From the NCBI GenBank assembly GCA_965212055.1, contig OZ243041.1, positions 896,001-960,000 of the forward strand: a stretch of 64,000 nucleotides of DNA. The letters run 5' to 3'. Source of the DNA: Fidelibacterota bacterium. GTDB taxonomy: Bacteria; Fidelibacterota; Marinisomatia; Marinisomatales; Marinisomataceae. The notes under the pieces are model-generated. The model searched no databases. It was not told where the DNA came from and saw only the letters and a list, made by a program, of their open reading frames with translations. A program made the position numbers and the translations under genes. This document shows positions 39,182-49,728 of this stretch, one piece after another (positions within the stretch are counted from its first letter, which is position 1; each line of letters starts with the position of its first letter).

Positions 39182-39744
39182 AACGCGTACTCATTAATGA
39201 TGTCAATGCAGTAGACCAAGTGATTACATCATTAAAAAACAACGAGATTATAGTTTATCCAACAGACACAATATATGGGATTGGAACAGACGCAAACAAT
39301 GATAGTGGTATTCAAAAAATAAATAGTTTAAAACAAAGAACAGGACCAATGACAATTATCATCCATGAATTGGAAAACATATTAAACAAAATTGTAGTCA
39401 ACCCTATATTAGAAGAACAAATGTTAAAAATTGTACATAGTGGAGATACTTGTATTATATCTTATAAAGAAAATTTTATCAGCAACTTGATTGTGGACAA
39501 AGGAAAAGTTGGATTTCGTATTCCGCAACATGCATTCTTAAATGTACTGCTATCCAATTACGGAAATCCGATTACTAGCACTAGCGTCAATAAAAGCGGC
39601 AACCAACCATTAAATGATCCTGATTTCATTGAAGAAGAATTTGGCAATGAAATTGATTTATTATTGGATGCAGGAATACTACAAAATAATAATCCATCAA
39701 AAATTTATGTTTTTGAAGACGATGCAATTTCACAAATTAGATAA
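39178..39744 (+). CDS. tsaC: L-threonylcarbamoyladenylate synthase (TsaC/Sua5)
   Basis: YPTDTIYGI, GFRIP, PITSTSVNKSG. Confidence 0.88.
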   Translation: MKRVLINDVNAVDQVITSLKNNEIIVYPTDTIYGIGTDANNDSGIQKINSLKQRTGPMTIIIHELENILNKIVVNPILEEQMLKIVHSGDTCIISYKENFISNLIVDKGKVGFRIPQHAFLNVLLSNYGNPITSTSVNKSGNQPLNDPDFIEEEFGNEIDLLLDAGILQNNNPSKIYVFEDDAISQIR

Positions 39745-40440
39745 ATGTTAAAAAAAATTATTTTATTAGTAATGATTTCCGCTCTTAATGCTCAATCAAT
39801 TAGCATTGGAGAAGAATATAAATATGAAGTACGTTTTGGACCTTTGAAATTAGGAAAAGCAAGTTTAAAAACTGAAAAAAGCGAAATCATTAATAATGAA
39901 GAGGCATATCATTTTCAATTTACTGTAAAAACATCAAAGCTTGGAGATCGATTATATAAAATTAGAGATGAGATTAATACTTGGATTAGTAAAAATGATC
40001 TCTCTTTAATAAAACAAGAAAAAAATATTAGAGAAAAAAATTTTCGCAGGCAGTCAACTACCATCATTAACAACAATATTGCAATAACCAATAACAAAGA
40101 ATATACGTTACCAGGAAAAGTAATAGATCCATATGGGTTAATTATGATAATGCGCGATATTAATATCCCAAAAAATAGTTCAAAAAAATTTTTAACAATT
40201 GATGAGGGTAAAGTTAGAGAAATTGAAATAAAAAATATTGGCAAAGAAAGAATTCGTACTCCAGCTGGCAAATTTGATGCATACACATATACACCAATAC
40301 ATAACAATAAATCTGCATTAAAAAATAAGGGTGATATGGAAATTTCTTATGCTATTGGAAAAGACAATAAAACCATCCCAGTAAAGATAATAATAAAACT
40401 GAAAAGTGGAGTTATTGTTTTAACGCTCAAATCTTACTGA
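39745..40440 (+). CDS. Exported protein, DUF3108-like
   Basis: Signal peptide, GEEYKY, GKERIRTPAGKFDA, IPVKI. Confidence 0.7.
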   Translation: MLKKIILLVMISALNAQSISIGEEYKYEVRFGPLKLGKASLKTEKSEIINNEEAYHFQFTVKTSKLGDRLYKIRDEINTWISKNDLSLIKQEKNIREKNFRRQSTTIINNNIAITNNKEYTLPGKVIDPYGLIMIMRDINIPKNSSKKFLTIDEGKVREIEIKNIGKERIRTPAGKFDAYTYTPIHNNKSALKNKGDMEISYAIGKDNKTIPVKIIIKLKSGVIVLTLKSY

Positions 40441-40480
40441 AATAATATCTAATTTAAACGCTTCAATACAGTTTTGTTAA

Positions 40481-41869
40481 TTATTCCCAAGCTTCTGGAC
40501 GACATAAAGGTCGATTAAGAATAGTTTCTTTATATTCTGATTTTGGAAGCCCTGAATAATAGTCTAAAAAATCATTACCTTTTATTTCGCTGGCACAGTT
40601 GTTCTTCTTATAGTAATACATTGCATACGAGCTGGTTACTGTACCACCAAAAGTATTGGTTCCACTAAATTGGACATAGTATAGTCCATAGGTGTCATCT
40701 TGATATAATTTTTCAAAGTCTACTAAGTCAAAAGATTTTGGATTATGCATTGTCACTTTAATGTCTTTGATTACTTGGCGTTTTGATGGAGTATTCCAAT
40801 TTATTCTTGAAAGATCATTAATTAGAAGAAATGCCATCAATGCAAGCAAGAAATACATTCCAATAGATTGAATACGCATTCTTGTTTTCATAGCTAATGG
40901 TTTTCCTAATAACATTTCAATTAATATAACCATAATGTGACCACCATCGAGCGCAGGAATAGGTAAAATATTAATAAATGCTAAGTTGACACTAATAAGA
41001 GCCATCAACATTAAAAATGGAGTAAGTCCAGCTTGTGCTGCTTCTCCAGCCATTTGTCCAATCATGATAACACTACCAACGTCATCTTTACTGACATTCC
41101 CTGTAAAAATCATTTTTAATGAAGTAGTCATTAATACCATTGACCAAATTGTTTGATCAAATCCATATTGGAATGATTCAATAAAACTTAAATCTTTTAT
41201 TTCTCTTTGTTTATCAACCCCAAGTTTTCCAATTAATTTATCGACTCTTCCTGATGCAATATCTGGCGCAGATAATGGGGTAACACTCTTTTGAATTTCA
41301 CTACCATCTCTAACAATAATCATAGATAATGTTGTATTGGGGTTTTGCTTAACAATAGTAGTAAAATCCTCCCAGGTATTAACATTGGTATCATTTACAG
41401 AAAGTACCATATCGCCTTCATTGAGCCCTCCTTCAAACGCAGGACTATTTGGAACAACATAATCAATGGTTGTATCATCGTTAACAACAACAGGCTCTCC
41501 ATTGATTGTCCCAATAATAACAAAAACTAAAAAAGCTAAGAGAATATTCATAATTACCCCAGCACTCATAACCCATATTTTCTGTAAAGGAGTTTTTGAC
41601 TCTAATTCATCGTCAGCACCGGTAAAACCAGAATCCATGCTTTCATCGAAAATGCCCTTCATTTTCACATACCCACCTAGAGGCAAAGCACCAATAGCAA
41701 AAACAGTCTTAGAATTTTTAGGTTGATAATTATAAATGGTAGGTGGCATTCCGATTGAAAATTTTTCTACTGTTACTCCAACACTGCGGGCAGCTAAATA
41801 ATGCCCTAATTCATGTACAAAGACAATAACCCCTATTAGAACGATGAATGCTAAAATACTATAAATCAT
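40481..41869 (-). CDS. rseP: RIP metalloprotease RseP with C-terminal extension
   Basis: HELGH, PLGGYV, PDZ domain, NILPIPALDGG. Confidence 0.93.
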   Translation of the reverse strand: MIYSILAFIVLIGVIVFVHELGHYLAARSVGVTVEKFSIGMPPTIYNYQPKNSKTVFAIGALPLGGYVKMKGIFDESMDSGFTGADDELESKTPLQKIWVMSAGVIMNILLAFLVFVIIGTINGEPVVVNDDTTIDYVVPNSPAFEGGLNEGDMVLSVNDTNVNTWEDFTTIVKQNPNTTLSMIIVRDGSEIQKSVTPLSAPDIASGRVDKLIGKLGVDKQREIKDLSFIESFQYGFDQTIWSMVLMTTSLKMIFTGNVSKDDVGSVIMIGQMAGEAAQAGLTPFLMLMALISVNLAFINILPIPALDGGHIMVILIEMLLGKPLAMKTRMRIQSIGMYFLLALMAFLLINDLSRINWNTPSKRQVIKDIKVTMHNPKSFDLVDFEKLYQDDTYGLYYVQFSGTNTFGGTVTSSYAMYYYKKNNCASEIKGNDFLDYYSGLPKSEYKETILNRPLCRPEAWE

Positions 41870-43013
41870 GATAATTTGAATCCAAATATACTTTGATTTC
41901 TTGATTTAATTGAATTAAATCTTTTGCGCTAGGTTCTTCTTTTGATTGAAATTTTTTTACTGTTTTTTCAATGGTTTTTGAAATATCTAGAAAGCTGATT
42001 TTATCATTCAAAAACAGCTCTACAACATGGTCGTTTGCAATACTCATAATAGGAATACTATTTCCTCCTTCTTGTACTAAATCGATTGCTAGTTGTAAGC
42101 ATGGATATCGATTCATATCTGGTGTTGAAAAAGTGAATTGATTGATTTCTGAAAAATTTAATGTCCCAAAATTACCATGTATTCTTTCAGGATACGATAA
42201 AGCATATTGAATTGGAACTTTCATATCTGGAACACCTAATTGTGCTTTATAAGAATCGTCTATAAACTGAACAAACGAATGAATAATTGATTGAGGATGA
42301 ATTACAATATCCAGTTGATCAGTATTAATTCCAAATAACCATAACGCTTCAACATATTCTAACCCTTTATTCATCATTGTAGCTGAATCAATTGAAATTT
42401 TATTCCCCATATTCCATTTCGGATGATTTAATGCTTCTTCTTTAGTAATTGTATCAAATGAATTAAGTGATCTCTCTAAAAAAGGACCCCCACTACCAGT
42501 TAATATAATCTTTTTTAACGCATTCTCAGGCTCACCATGTAAACACTGAAAAATAGCCGAATGTTCGCTATCAACAGGAATAATTTGTGAATCATTATTA
42601 TCAAGTAATGGCATAATAATATGACCACCCAACACCAAGGATTCTTTATTACTTAATGCTAAATCAACATTATTAGAGACCGTGTTAATTGTTGGAATTA
42701 ATCCTGCGCTACCAACAATAGAATTAATTGTTAAATCAATTTCACTATATTGCGAAAGAATATGAGAAGAATCTTCGCCAACAATAAGTTCAATATTATG
42801 TTTTTTGCAAAAATCATTTAAAGGATGGGTAGCGTCAATTGTATCAATTGCTACCTTAGTTGGCATAAATTGTTTGACTTGATCTAATAGAAGATCAGCG
42901 CTTTTTTTGCAAGAAAGACAAGAAACTTTAAATTTGTCTTGATGATCATTAATAACAGATAAAACCTGTGTTCCAACCGATCCAGTAGAACCAAATATAG
43001 AAATTTTCTTCAT
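41859..43013 (-). CDS. dxr: 1-deoxy-D-xylulose 5-phosphate reductoisomerase
   Basis: GSTGSVG, NKESLV, PVDSEHSAIFQ, HPKWNMG.KISIDSATMMNKGLE. Confidence 0.96.
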   Translation of the reverse strand: MKKISIFGSTGSVGTQVLSVINDHQDKFKVSCLSCKKSADLLLDQVKQFMPTKVAIDTIDATHPLNDFCKKHNIELIVGEDSSHILSQYSEIDLTINSIVGSAGLIPTINTVSNNVDLALSNKESLVLGGHIIMPLLDNNDSQIIPVDSEHSAIFQCLHGEPENALKKIILTGSGGPFLERSLNSFDTITKEEALNHPKWNMGNKISIDSATMMNKGLEYVEALWLFGINTDQLDIVIHPQSIIHSFVQFIDDSYKAQLGVPDMKVPIQYALSYPERIHGNFGTLNFSEINQFTFSTPDMNRYPCLQLAIDLVQEGGNSIPIMSIANDHVVELFLNDKISFLDISKTIEKTVKKFQSKEEPSAKDLIQLNQEIKVYLDSNYHDL

Positions 43014-43020
43014 TTAGTAA

Positions 43021-43794
43021 TTAAATGATACCGCGTTGACTATTTTCTATAAAAGAAACAATTTCTTTAATATTTTTATCTTTTTTGAATTCATCTTTGA
43101 TTTTTTTTAGAGAAACTGAAGCATTTAAATCAGATCGAAAATAATATTGGTAAGCTTTTTTTATGATTGTGCGTTGTTTGCTTGAAAAATCTCTTCTTTT
43201 TAAACCAAGAGAATTAATGCCTGTATATTTAACAGGATATTTACCAGCTAAAATAAATGGAGGGACATCTTGAACAATTTTAGAATTTGCAGCTAGCATA
43301 ACATGTTGTCCAATCTTACAAAATTGATGTACAGTACTCGCTCCTCCTAAAATAGCCCAATCACCTATTTCAACATGTCCCCCAAGCGCAACTAAGTTCA
43401 CAAGAATGGCGTTATTCCCTATTTTACAATCATGGGCAACATGAACGCCTGTCATAATTAAAACATCATCTCCAATAACAGTTTCTCCGCTTGCTTTAGT
43501 CCCTCTATTGAGAGTAACAAACTCTCTAATAACTGTACGTTTTCCAATAATAAGTTTGCTTTTTTCTCCACCAAATTTTTTATCTTGAGGAATAGCACCA
43601 ATGCTACTATTGTGAAAAATACGAGCATGCGCTTTGATTTCAGTATATTCACCGATGGTATTAAAATTGCCAATGGTCACATTAGTGCCAATAGTCACAT
43701 TGTCTTCAATTACGTTATAAGCACCAATTGTTACATTTGAACCAATTTTTGCTTTTTTTGAAACAATGCTTGTTGGATGTATAGTTGTACTAAT
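43021..43794 (-). CDS. lpxA: UDP-GlcNAc acyltransferase; probable ATT start
   Basis: In-frame N-terminus (I)STTIHPTSIV and hexapeptide repeats upstream of the track's GTG; PQDKKF, IREFVT, HVAHDC, VHQF. Confidence 0.93.
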   Translation of the reverse strand: MSTTIHPTSIVSKKAKIGSNVTIGAYNVIEDNVTIGTNVTIGNFNTIGEYTEIKAHARIFHNSSIGAIPQDKKFGGEKSKLIIGKRTVIREFVTLNRGTKASGETVIGDDVLIMTGVHVAHDCKIGNNAILVNLVALGGHVEIGDWAILGGASTVHQFCKIGQHVMLAANSKIVQDVPPFILAGKYPVKYTGINSLGLKRRDFSSKQRTIIKKAYQYYFRSDLNASVSLKKIKDEFKKDKNIKEIVSFIENSQRGII

Positions 43795-43804
43795 AATTAA
43801 CCTC

Positions 43805-44236
43805 TTATTTATCTACTGCCGTTGCAAAAAATTCTGCTGTTGCTACTTGTTTTTTATCAACAAAACATTCAACACTCAATTTAAAGGAATTCATTTTATG
43901 TTGTAACAATTTTGCTTCAATATAAAGTTGGTCCCCCGGAATGACATTTTTATGAATCTTAAAATTTAATACTTTAGATAAATAGACTAATTTTTTGGAG
44001 GGATTATCCACAAAATCTGATATAATTAACGAACCAGCTTGTGCCATTGATTCTAAAATTAATACTCCTGGAAAAATCGGTTTTTCTGGAAAATGTCCTT
44101 GAAAATATGGTTCATTAATGGAAACATTTTTTATAGCTTGGAGTGATTTTTTCTTATCCCATTTAATTACTTTATCTATCATTAGAAAAGGATAACGATG
44201 AGGTAAAATTTTTAATAATTCATCAATATTTTTCAT
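43805..44236 (-). CDS. fabZ: 3-hydroxyacyl-ACP dehydratase
   Basis: LPHRYPFL.ID, NEPYFQGHFP, PGVLILESMAQ. Confidence 0.96.
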   Translation of the reverse strand: MKNIDELLKILPHRYPFLMIDKVIKWDKKKSLQAIKNVSINEPYFQGHFPEKPIFPGVLILESMAQAGSLIISDFVDNPSKKLVYLSKVLNFKIHKNVIPGDQLYIEAKLLQHKMNSFKLSVECFVDKKQVATAEFFATAVDK

Positions 44237-45159
44237 TTTTTAAACTGATTTTTAAATTCTTTTCTTAACAATTTTGCAAATTCAACATTTCCTTTATGTC
44301 CACTTTTGATAGCAGTAATATGTCCTAATATCGGCTTACCTAATAATGCTAAATCTCCAATAAGGTCTAATGTTTTATGTCTAACAGGCTCATTTCTAAA
44401 ACGTAATACCTGAGTTTTATGTAAACCTCTATCTCCTTTGAAAAATTTAATTCCAAATCTTTCTTTAAAAATCTTTACTTCTTCATCTTCAATATCTTTA
44501 TCCACAATAATAACAGCGTTACCTAAATTACCTCCTTTAATAAGTCCTTGTTTTGCCAATCCTTTAATTTCACTTAATAAACAAAATGTTCTTGCTGGAG
44601 CAATCTGAGTTTGATAATTCTGAGACATATTGTGTACCGATGAATACTGTACATCTAAATCTTCAAGATCATACTGAATGGTAAATGTTGTTTTAAAACC
44701 ATCATATGGCACCCCTACAACTTCAACATCTTTTTCTTCATCAGTATATACAACAGGTTTTGTTATTTTTAAAAAATCTACATCTGCCTCTTGTTCGACT
44801 ATACCAGATTCTACTAATGCTGAAACAAAATCTTTAGCACTTCCATCCATCACAGGCGGTTCTTTACTATTTAATTCAATAAGTAAGTTATCAATTCCCA
44901 TTCCAGCACATGCAGATAATACATGTTCTGTAGTATGAACTTTTATTCCATTTTCTTGAATAGTGGTCCCTCTAGTTAAATCAATAACATTATCTAAATC
45001 TGGTGTAACATATTGGTCTGCTTTATCGGTGCGAAGAAATTTAATTCCGAAATTTTCAGGGGCTGGATTGAAGGTGATAGTACTTTCTACCCCGGTATGT
45101 AATCCAACGCCAGTACAAGACACTGGGGCTTGAATTGTCTTTTGCTTTTTTCTTGTCAT
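44233..45159 (-). CDS. lpxC: UDP-3-O-acyl-GlcNAc deacetylase
   Basis: GVGLHTG, TEHVLSA, DGSA, ARTF, RHKTLDLIGD, GH. Confidence 0.95.
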   Translation of the reverse strand: MTRKKQKTIQAPVSCTGVGLHTGVESTITFNPAPENFGIKFLRTDKADQYVTPDLDNVIDLTRGTTIQENGIKVHTTEHVLSACAGMGIDNLLIELNSKEPPVMDGSAKDFVSALVESGIVEQEADVDFLKITKPVVYTDEEKDVEVVGVPYDGFKTTFTIQYDLEDLDVQYSSVHNMSQNYQTQIAPARTFCLLSEIKGLAKQGLIKGGNLGNAVIIVDKDIEDEEVKIFKERFGIKFFKGDRGLHKTQVLRFRNEPVRHKTLDLIGDLALLGKPILGHITAIKSGHKGNVEFAKLLRKEFKNQFKK

Positions 45160-46100
45160 TCTTTAATTAATTTTTTTAAGCGCTTTTCTAAAATTTCTAC
45201 TTTAGTAAATACAGCATCACGTTTCTGTTTTTCTTTAATTTCTCTTGCCGGATTTCCTGCATACATCTGATTGCCTTTTACAGATTTTAATACAACTGAT
45301 CTTGCAGCAAAAATTGATTTTTCTCCCACAATAACATGCGGTCCAACATCCACTTTTCCACCAAGCATTGAATAAGCGCCAATAGTAACACTTCCCCCAA
45401 GAAATGTACCGCCTGAGATCAAACAACCTTCCTCTACTGTAACATTATGAGCAATATGAACTTGATCATCCATTTTACAAGAATCTTTAATAACAGTATT
45501 TTTTACTGACCCCTTATCGATTGTACAATTTGCACCAATTTCTACCATATCACCAATAATTACACTTTTAATATGAGGAATTTTATGGTGTTTATTATTA
45601 ATAGTCGCAAAGCCAAATCCATCTGCCCCAATAATGGCACCAGAATGGATTAAACAATCTTGACCAATTTGAACATCATTATATATCACAACTTGAGCAC
45701 CAATTATGGTACCGCTTTTTATTGTAACATTATCTCCAATGACAGAAAAAGGCCCAATAGTAACATCTGAATCAATTGTAGCAGATTCTGCAATAACAGC
45801 ATTAGGATGAATAGCATGTTTAAGATCTTGATTTTTGGAAAATAAAGTAAGGATTGTTATCATCGCCAGATAGGGCTGTTCAACAACAATGCCATTATAG
45901 CCTGCTAAATCTTTTTCAGAATCAGAAACAAAAGCAGATGCTTTAGAGGATGACATCTTTTTTTGGTATTTAGGTAAAAAAGAAAATGTTATTGAACCTT
46001 CAGATGCTTCATTAATATCATCAACAGAAGCAATTTGAACTGAAGAATTACCAACAACTTTCCCCTTTACTTTTAAAGCAATTTGTTCAAGAGTAAGCAA
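45156..46100 (-). CDS. lpxD: UDP-3-O-acylglucosamine N-acyltransferase
   Basis: IGADGFGF, VEIGANCTID, QVHIAHNV. Confidence 0.93.
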   Translation of the reverse strand: MLTLEQIALKVKGKVVGNSSVQIASVDDINEASEGSITFSFLPKYQKKMSSSKASAFVSDSEKDLAGYNGIVVEQPYLAMITILTLFSKNQDLKHAIHPNAVIAESATIDSDVTIGPFSVIGDNVTIKSGTIIGAQVVIYNDVQIGQDCLIHSGAIIGADGFGFATINNKHHKIPHIKSVIIGDMVEIGANCTIDKGSVKNTVIKDSCKMDDQVHIAHNVTVEEGCLISGGTFLGGSVTIGAYSMLGGKVDVGPHVIVGEKSIFAARSVVLKSVKGNQMYAGNPAREIKEKQKRDAVFTKVEILEKRLKKLIKE

Positions 46101-46112
46101 GGAAATCTCGGG

Positions 46113-46628
46113 TTATTCTGTAGAGCTATTTTCTTCGTTTAATTTTCTTAATTCAGTAAGAACATCATCAGTAATATTAAGCTTAGGATTCACATATAGC
46201 GTTGCAGCGCTTCCATCAATCACAATAGTATATCCGTGTTTTATTGCGACGCTTTCTACAGCTTTCTTGTATTTCTGAATTAACTCATACTCAAGCGCTT
46301 GTTCTTTTTTAGAAAGCTCATTATTAAAGACTAAAGAATAATTTTGCATAGCCTGCTGCATCTCAATGATATCTGTTTCTTTTGCCTTTTTCAGTTCTGC
46401 AGACATTTTAAGGCTATCTTCGTTATATTCTTTTCCCATGCTGTCTAATTCGGCTTGCATGGCCTCAAATTCTTTGATCTTATCTCCGAACTCTAATCTT
46501 AACTGCTCCTCAACATCTTTAAACTCTTCATATTCTAGTACAATTCTTTCACTATAGACTACACCAATTTTTTCTTGTGTAAATGATATAGATATCAATA
46601 ATACCAAAATAGCTATTTTTTTATACAC
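46113..46628 (-). CDS. skp: OmpH/Skp periplasmic chaperone
   Basis: GTG start with AGGAG SD, signal peptide, KIGVV, coiled coil, NITDDV; follows bamA. Confidence 0.85.
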   Translation of the reverse strand: MYKKIAILVLLISISFTQEKIGVVYSERIVLEYEEFKDVEEQLRLEFGDKIKEFEAMQAELDSMGKEYNEDSLKMSAELKKAKETDIIEMQQAMQNYSLVFNNELSKKEQALEYELIQKYKKAVESVAIKHGYTIVIDGSAATLYVNPKLNITDDVLTELRKLNEENSSTE

Positions 46629-46639
46629 TTTATTCTCCT

Positions 46640-49018
46640 TTAGTACGTTTGTCCAAATGTTATTGTATATTCCCATCCGTTAGGGTTACCATCACCTGTA
46701 ATATCGTCAAATCCATATCCCATATCAAATCCTAATAAACCAATCCCTGGCATAAAAAATCGAACACCTACTCCAGCAGATTTTTGCATTGATAGAGGCC
46801 CATGTCTATCTAAGTAAAAAGGTTCAGACATAGAACTGGTATTCCAAACATTCCCCATTTCGGCAAATGTCATAAAATAAATGACTGGGTTCTCAGATAA
46901 TGGATATCTTAATTCAGTAGTAATTTTACTCATTGCATTTCCACCAACAGCCTGTCCTGACGTTGTTTGTGGACCAACAGAATTATCTGGATACCCTCTT
47001 AGGGCATTCCCATATGGTATTCCGTTTCCTCCCATAATGAATCTTTCATCAAATGGAATAAAGCTTTGGGTATCGTCGCCTACATTTAATGTTTTTATAA
47101 CCCCAACTTTCAAAGAACTATATAATACAAATTTAGAAAATGTAGGTGTAAACCAGTCTAAATCCAACACATGCTTTTGGAAATTTTCATTTCCTCCTAA
47201 TACTCCACCAGAATATGTTGTTTCGACCTGAAATTTTGACCCTCTGGTTGTAAATTCTGCACGATCTCGGCTATCCCTAGCAATTACTTGAGATAAGCTC
47301 AATCCTCTGGTTTTTTGTAAACCTCCTAGATAAGATTCAATATCGGTTTCAGATCCATCATATTCTTTTTGCATAACTCTTGCAGACCACATTATACGGA
47401 AAAAATCATCTGGCCATTCTAGGCGTCTACCAAAACTAAAAGAACCTCCTGCAACAGTAAAATCTAGCGGGAAATAATAGTTGGTTGAAGATCCTCTATA
47501 AGAATAAAATAATGAACCTCCAATTAGATACGGACTATCATTAACCATAGGATCTTGGAAAGTTAAATTGAAAGAACGATATTTTGATGGATCTTGATTG
47601 GAATAAAATGAGAAATTAGTACCTGTACTCATTCCAATATTAAATCTTTGTCCACGACCCATAAAATTATCAAATTCAACTCCTGCACCACCCGTCATAC
47701 CATATTCACCGGTAAATCCAAGATTCGCATTAATTCTTTGGGTAGATTTCTTTTCTTCAACAATAAAATCTAAGTCTACTTTATCTTCTGCAACCGGATT
47801 AACATCTGGAATAACATTATCAAAATAATTTAAAATCCAAATATCGCGCTGACTGCGCATTAGTTTTGCTCTACTAAATACATCTCCAGGAAATAATTTT
47901 AATTCTCTGCGAATAATATTTTCTCTTGTTCTTTCATTCCCAGAAACAAAAATGTTGTTTATATAGACCTTACTACCTTCATTAAAAATAAAATGAACAT
48001 CAATTGAATCTTCACCGACAGGAACAACTTCTGGAATTACATTACTAAAAATATATCCCTCATTGTTATAAAGACTCATCATGTCTTCAAAAACATTTTT
48101 TTCAAAATTTTCTCTTGAAAACAAATCTCCTTCTTGTAGACCTAGAAGTATCTCTAATTTTTCAGAATCAACAATTTCATTTCCTTCAAATGTAAAATTG
48201 CGATATTTATATTTGTTACCCTCATTGATTGTTACAAATAATGTTAAAGAAAGATCTTCTTCGTTTACAACTAAAGTATCTTTTAACACATTAAAATCAC
48301 GATATCCTTCATTTTGATAAAATGTTTTTAAGAGTTCTTTATCTTCTTTAAACGATTTTTCATTGAAACTTTTCACCCAAAAACTATACCATTTTCGCTC
48401 TTTTGTATCTTTAAGTTCTTTTTTTAACTTGCGATCTGAAAAATTATCATTCCCGACAAAATTGATATTTCTAAGACGAAATTTATCATTTTCTTTGATA
48501 CTAAAAATAACATCTCTAGCGTACTCATTGCGCACTAAGGTGTCTTGTGGAACTTCAATAGATGCTTCAACTTCCACAGAAAAATACCCATCTTCATGAT
48601 AAACTTCTTTAATCTTTTCTTCTGCTGAAGACAGGGAATTTGGTCTAATCCTTTGTCCAATACGTAAATCAATTTTATCAGTAAATCGCCCTTCTCTTAC
48701 TGAATTTCCACGAAAAATAATATTATTGAGCGTTGGGCTTTCTTTAACCTTAATAGTAATCTCCACTCCATACTCAGACTCATTGTTAAGAACAATATCA
48801 ATATCATCAAATAGATTAAGATCCCATAACCGTGTTAAGGCTGTTGAAATATCTGCTCTCTGTATTTTGGTACCATCTCTTAGACCGGCAGAATATTTAA
48901 TCATTTTATCAGAAGTGGTCACATTCCCTTCGATATTAACACGATACAGATTTACTTCCTGAGTAAATACAGCAGTAGTTAATAAGAAAAAAAGAGCAAA
49001 CGTGTATTTGTTAATCAT
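46640..49018 (-). CDS. bamA: Outer membrane protein assembly factor BamA
   Basis: POTRA repeats (GNERTRENIIRRE), LRGY, SAGVGVR, C-terminal barrel. Confidence 0.95.
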   Translation of the reverse strand: MINKYTFALFFLLTTAVFTQEVNLYRVNIEGNVTTSDKMIKYSAGLRDGTKIQRADISTALTRLWDLNLFDDIDIVLNNESEYGVEITIKVKESPTLNNIIFRGNSVREGRFTDKIDLRIGQRIRPNSLSSAEEKIKEVYHEDGYFSVEVEASIEVPQDTLVRNEYARDVIFSIKENDKFRLRNINFVGNDNFSDRKLKKELKDTKERKWYSFWVKSFNEKSFKEDKELLKTFYQNEGYRDFNVLKDTLVVNEEDLSLTLFVTINEGNKYKYRNFTFEGNEIVDSEKLEILLGLQEGDLFSRENFEKNVFEDMMSLYNNEGYIFSNVIPEVVPVGEDSIDVHFIFNEGSKVYINNIFVSGNERTRENIIRRELKLFPGDVFSRAKLMRSQRDIWILNYFDNVIPDVNPVAEDKVDLDFIVEEKKSTQRINANLGFTGEYGMTGGAGVEFDNFMGRGQRFNIGMSTGTNFSFYSNQDPSKYRSFNLTFQDPMVNDSPYLIGGSLFYSYRGSSTNYYFPLDFTVAGGSFSFGRRLEWPDDFFRIMWSARVMQKEYDGSETDIESYLGGLQKTRGLSLSQVIARDSRDRAEFTTRGSKFQVETTYSGGVLGGNENFQKHVLDLDWFTPTFSKFVLYSSLKVGVIKTLNVGDDTQSFIPFDERFIMGGNGIPYGNALRGYPDNSVGPQTTSGQAVGGNAMSKITTELRYPLSENPVIYFMTFAEMGNVWNTSSMSEPFYLDRHGPLSMQKSAGVGVRFFMPGIGLLGFDMGYGFDDITGDGNPNGWEYTITFGQTY

Positions 49019-49020
49019 TT

Positions 49021-49728
49021 TCAACTTAATACCTTACCATATTTTCTTTTTCGTTGTCCAAAATCATTTAAGGCAGAAATTAAATCATCTTCCGCAAATT
49101 CAGGCCAATTTTTTTTACTAACATAAATTTCGGAATAAGCAGATTGCCATAATAAAAAATTGCTTAATCTGTTTTCTCCTCCAGTTCTAATAATTAAATC
49201 TGGGTCTGGCATCGTAGGAGCATATAGATAATTTTTAAAAATTTCTTCATCTATACGCTTATTGTCAGACGTAATAATCTTGTTGATAGCATCCACAATT
49301 TCTTGACGACCACCATAACTAAGAGCCAATGTTAACACTAACCCAGTATTATTTTTTGTACTTTCAATAACATCCATAATTAATTCCTGTAATTCGGCCG
49401 GTAAATCCTCTAATTTTCCAACGATTTTTAGGGCAATATTGTTCCTATTTAACTTCTCTAATTCATTTTTTAAACTAGACGACAATAGGGACATTAAACT
49501 ACTAATTTCATCTTTAGGTCTTTGCCAGTTTTCTTTAGAAAAAGTATAAAGTGTTAAATGAGGAATTTCTAGACGAACACACGCTTCTACAATATTTCTG
49601 ACTGTTTCTACTCCTTGGATATGACCTGATAATCGTTTCATATTTTGGTTTGTAGCCCATCTACCATTTCCATCCATTATAATACCAATATGGATAGGCA
49701 AATTATTATGTTCTAATTTTACACTCAT
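49021..49728 (-). CDS. uppS: Undecaprenyl diphosphate synthase
   Basis: HIGIIMDGNGRW, FSKENW.RP, DLIIRTGGE.RLSNFLLWQ. Confidence 0.96.
   Translation of the reverse strand: MSVKLEHNNLPIHIGIIMDGNGRWATNQNMKRLSGHIQGVETVRNIVEACVRLEIPHLTLYTFSKENWQRPKDEISSLMSLLSSSLKNELEKLNRNNIALKIVGKLEDLPAELQELIMDVIESTKNNTGLVLTLALSYGGRQEIVDAINKIITSDNKRIDEEIFKNYLYAPTMPDPDLIIRTGGENRLSNFLLWQSAYSEIYVSKKNWPEFAEDDLISALNDFGQRKRKYGKVLS

Noticed and set aside
44230..44245. Programmed -1 frameshift joining lpxC and fabZ
   Set aside because: No in-frame X XXY YYZ heptamer; an ordinary ATGA overlap explains the junction
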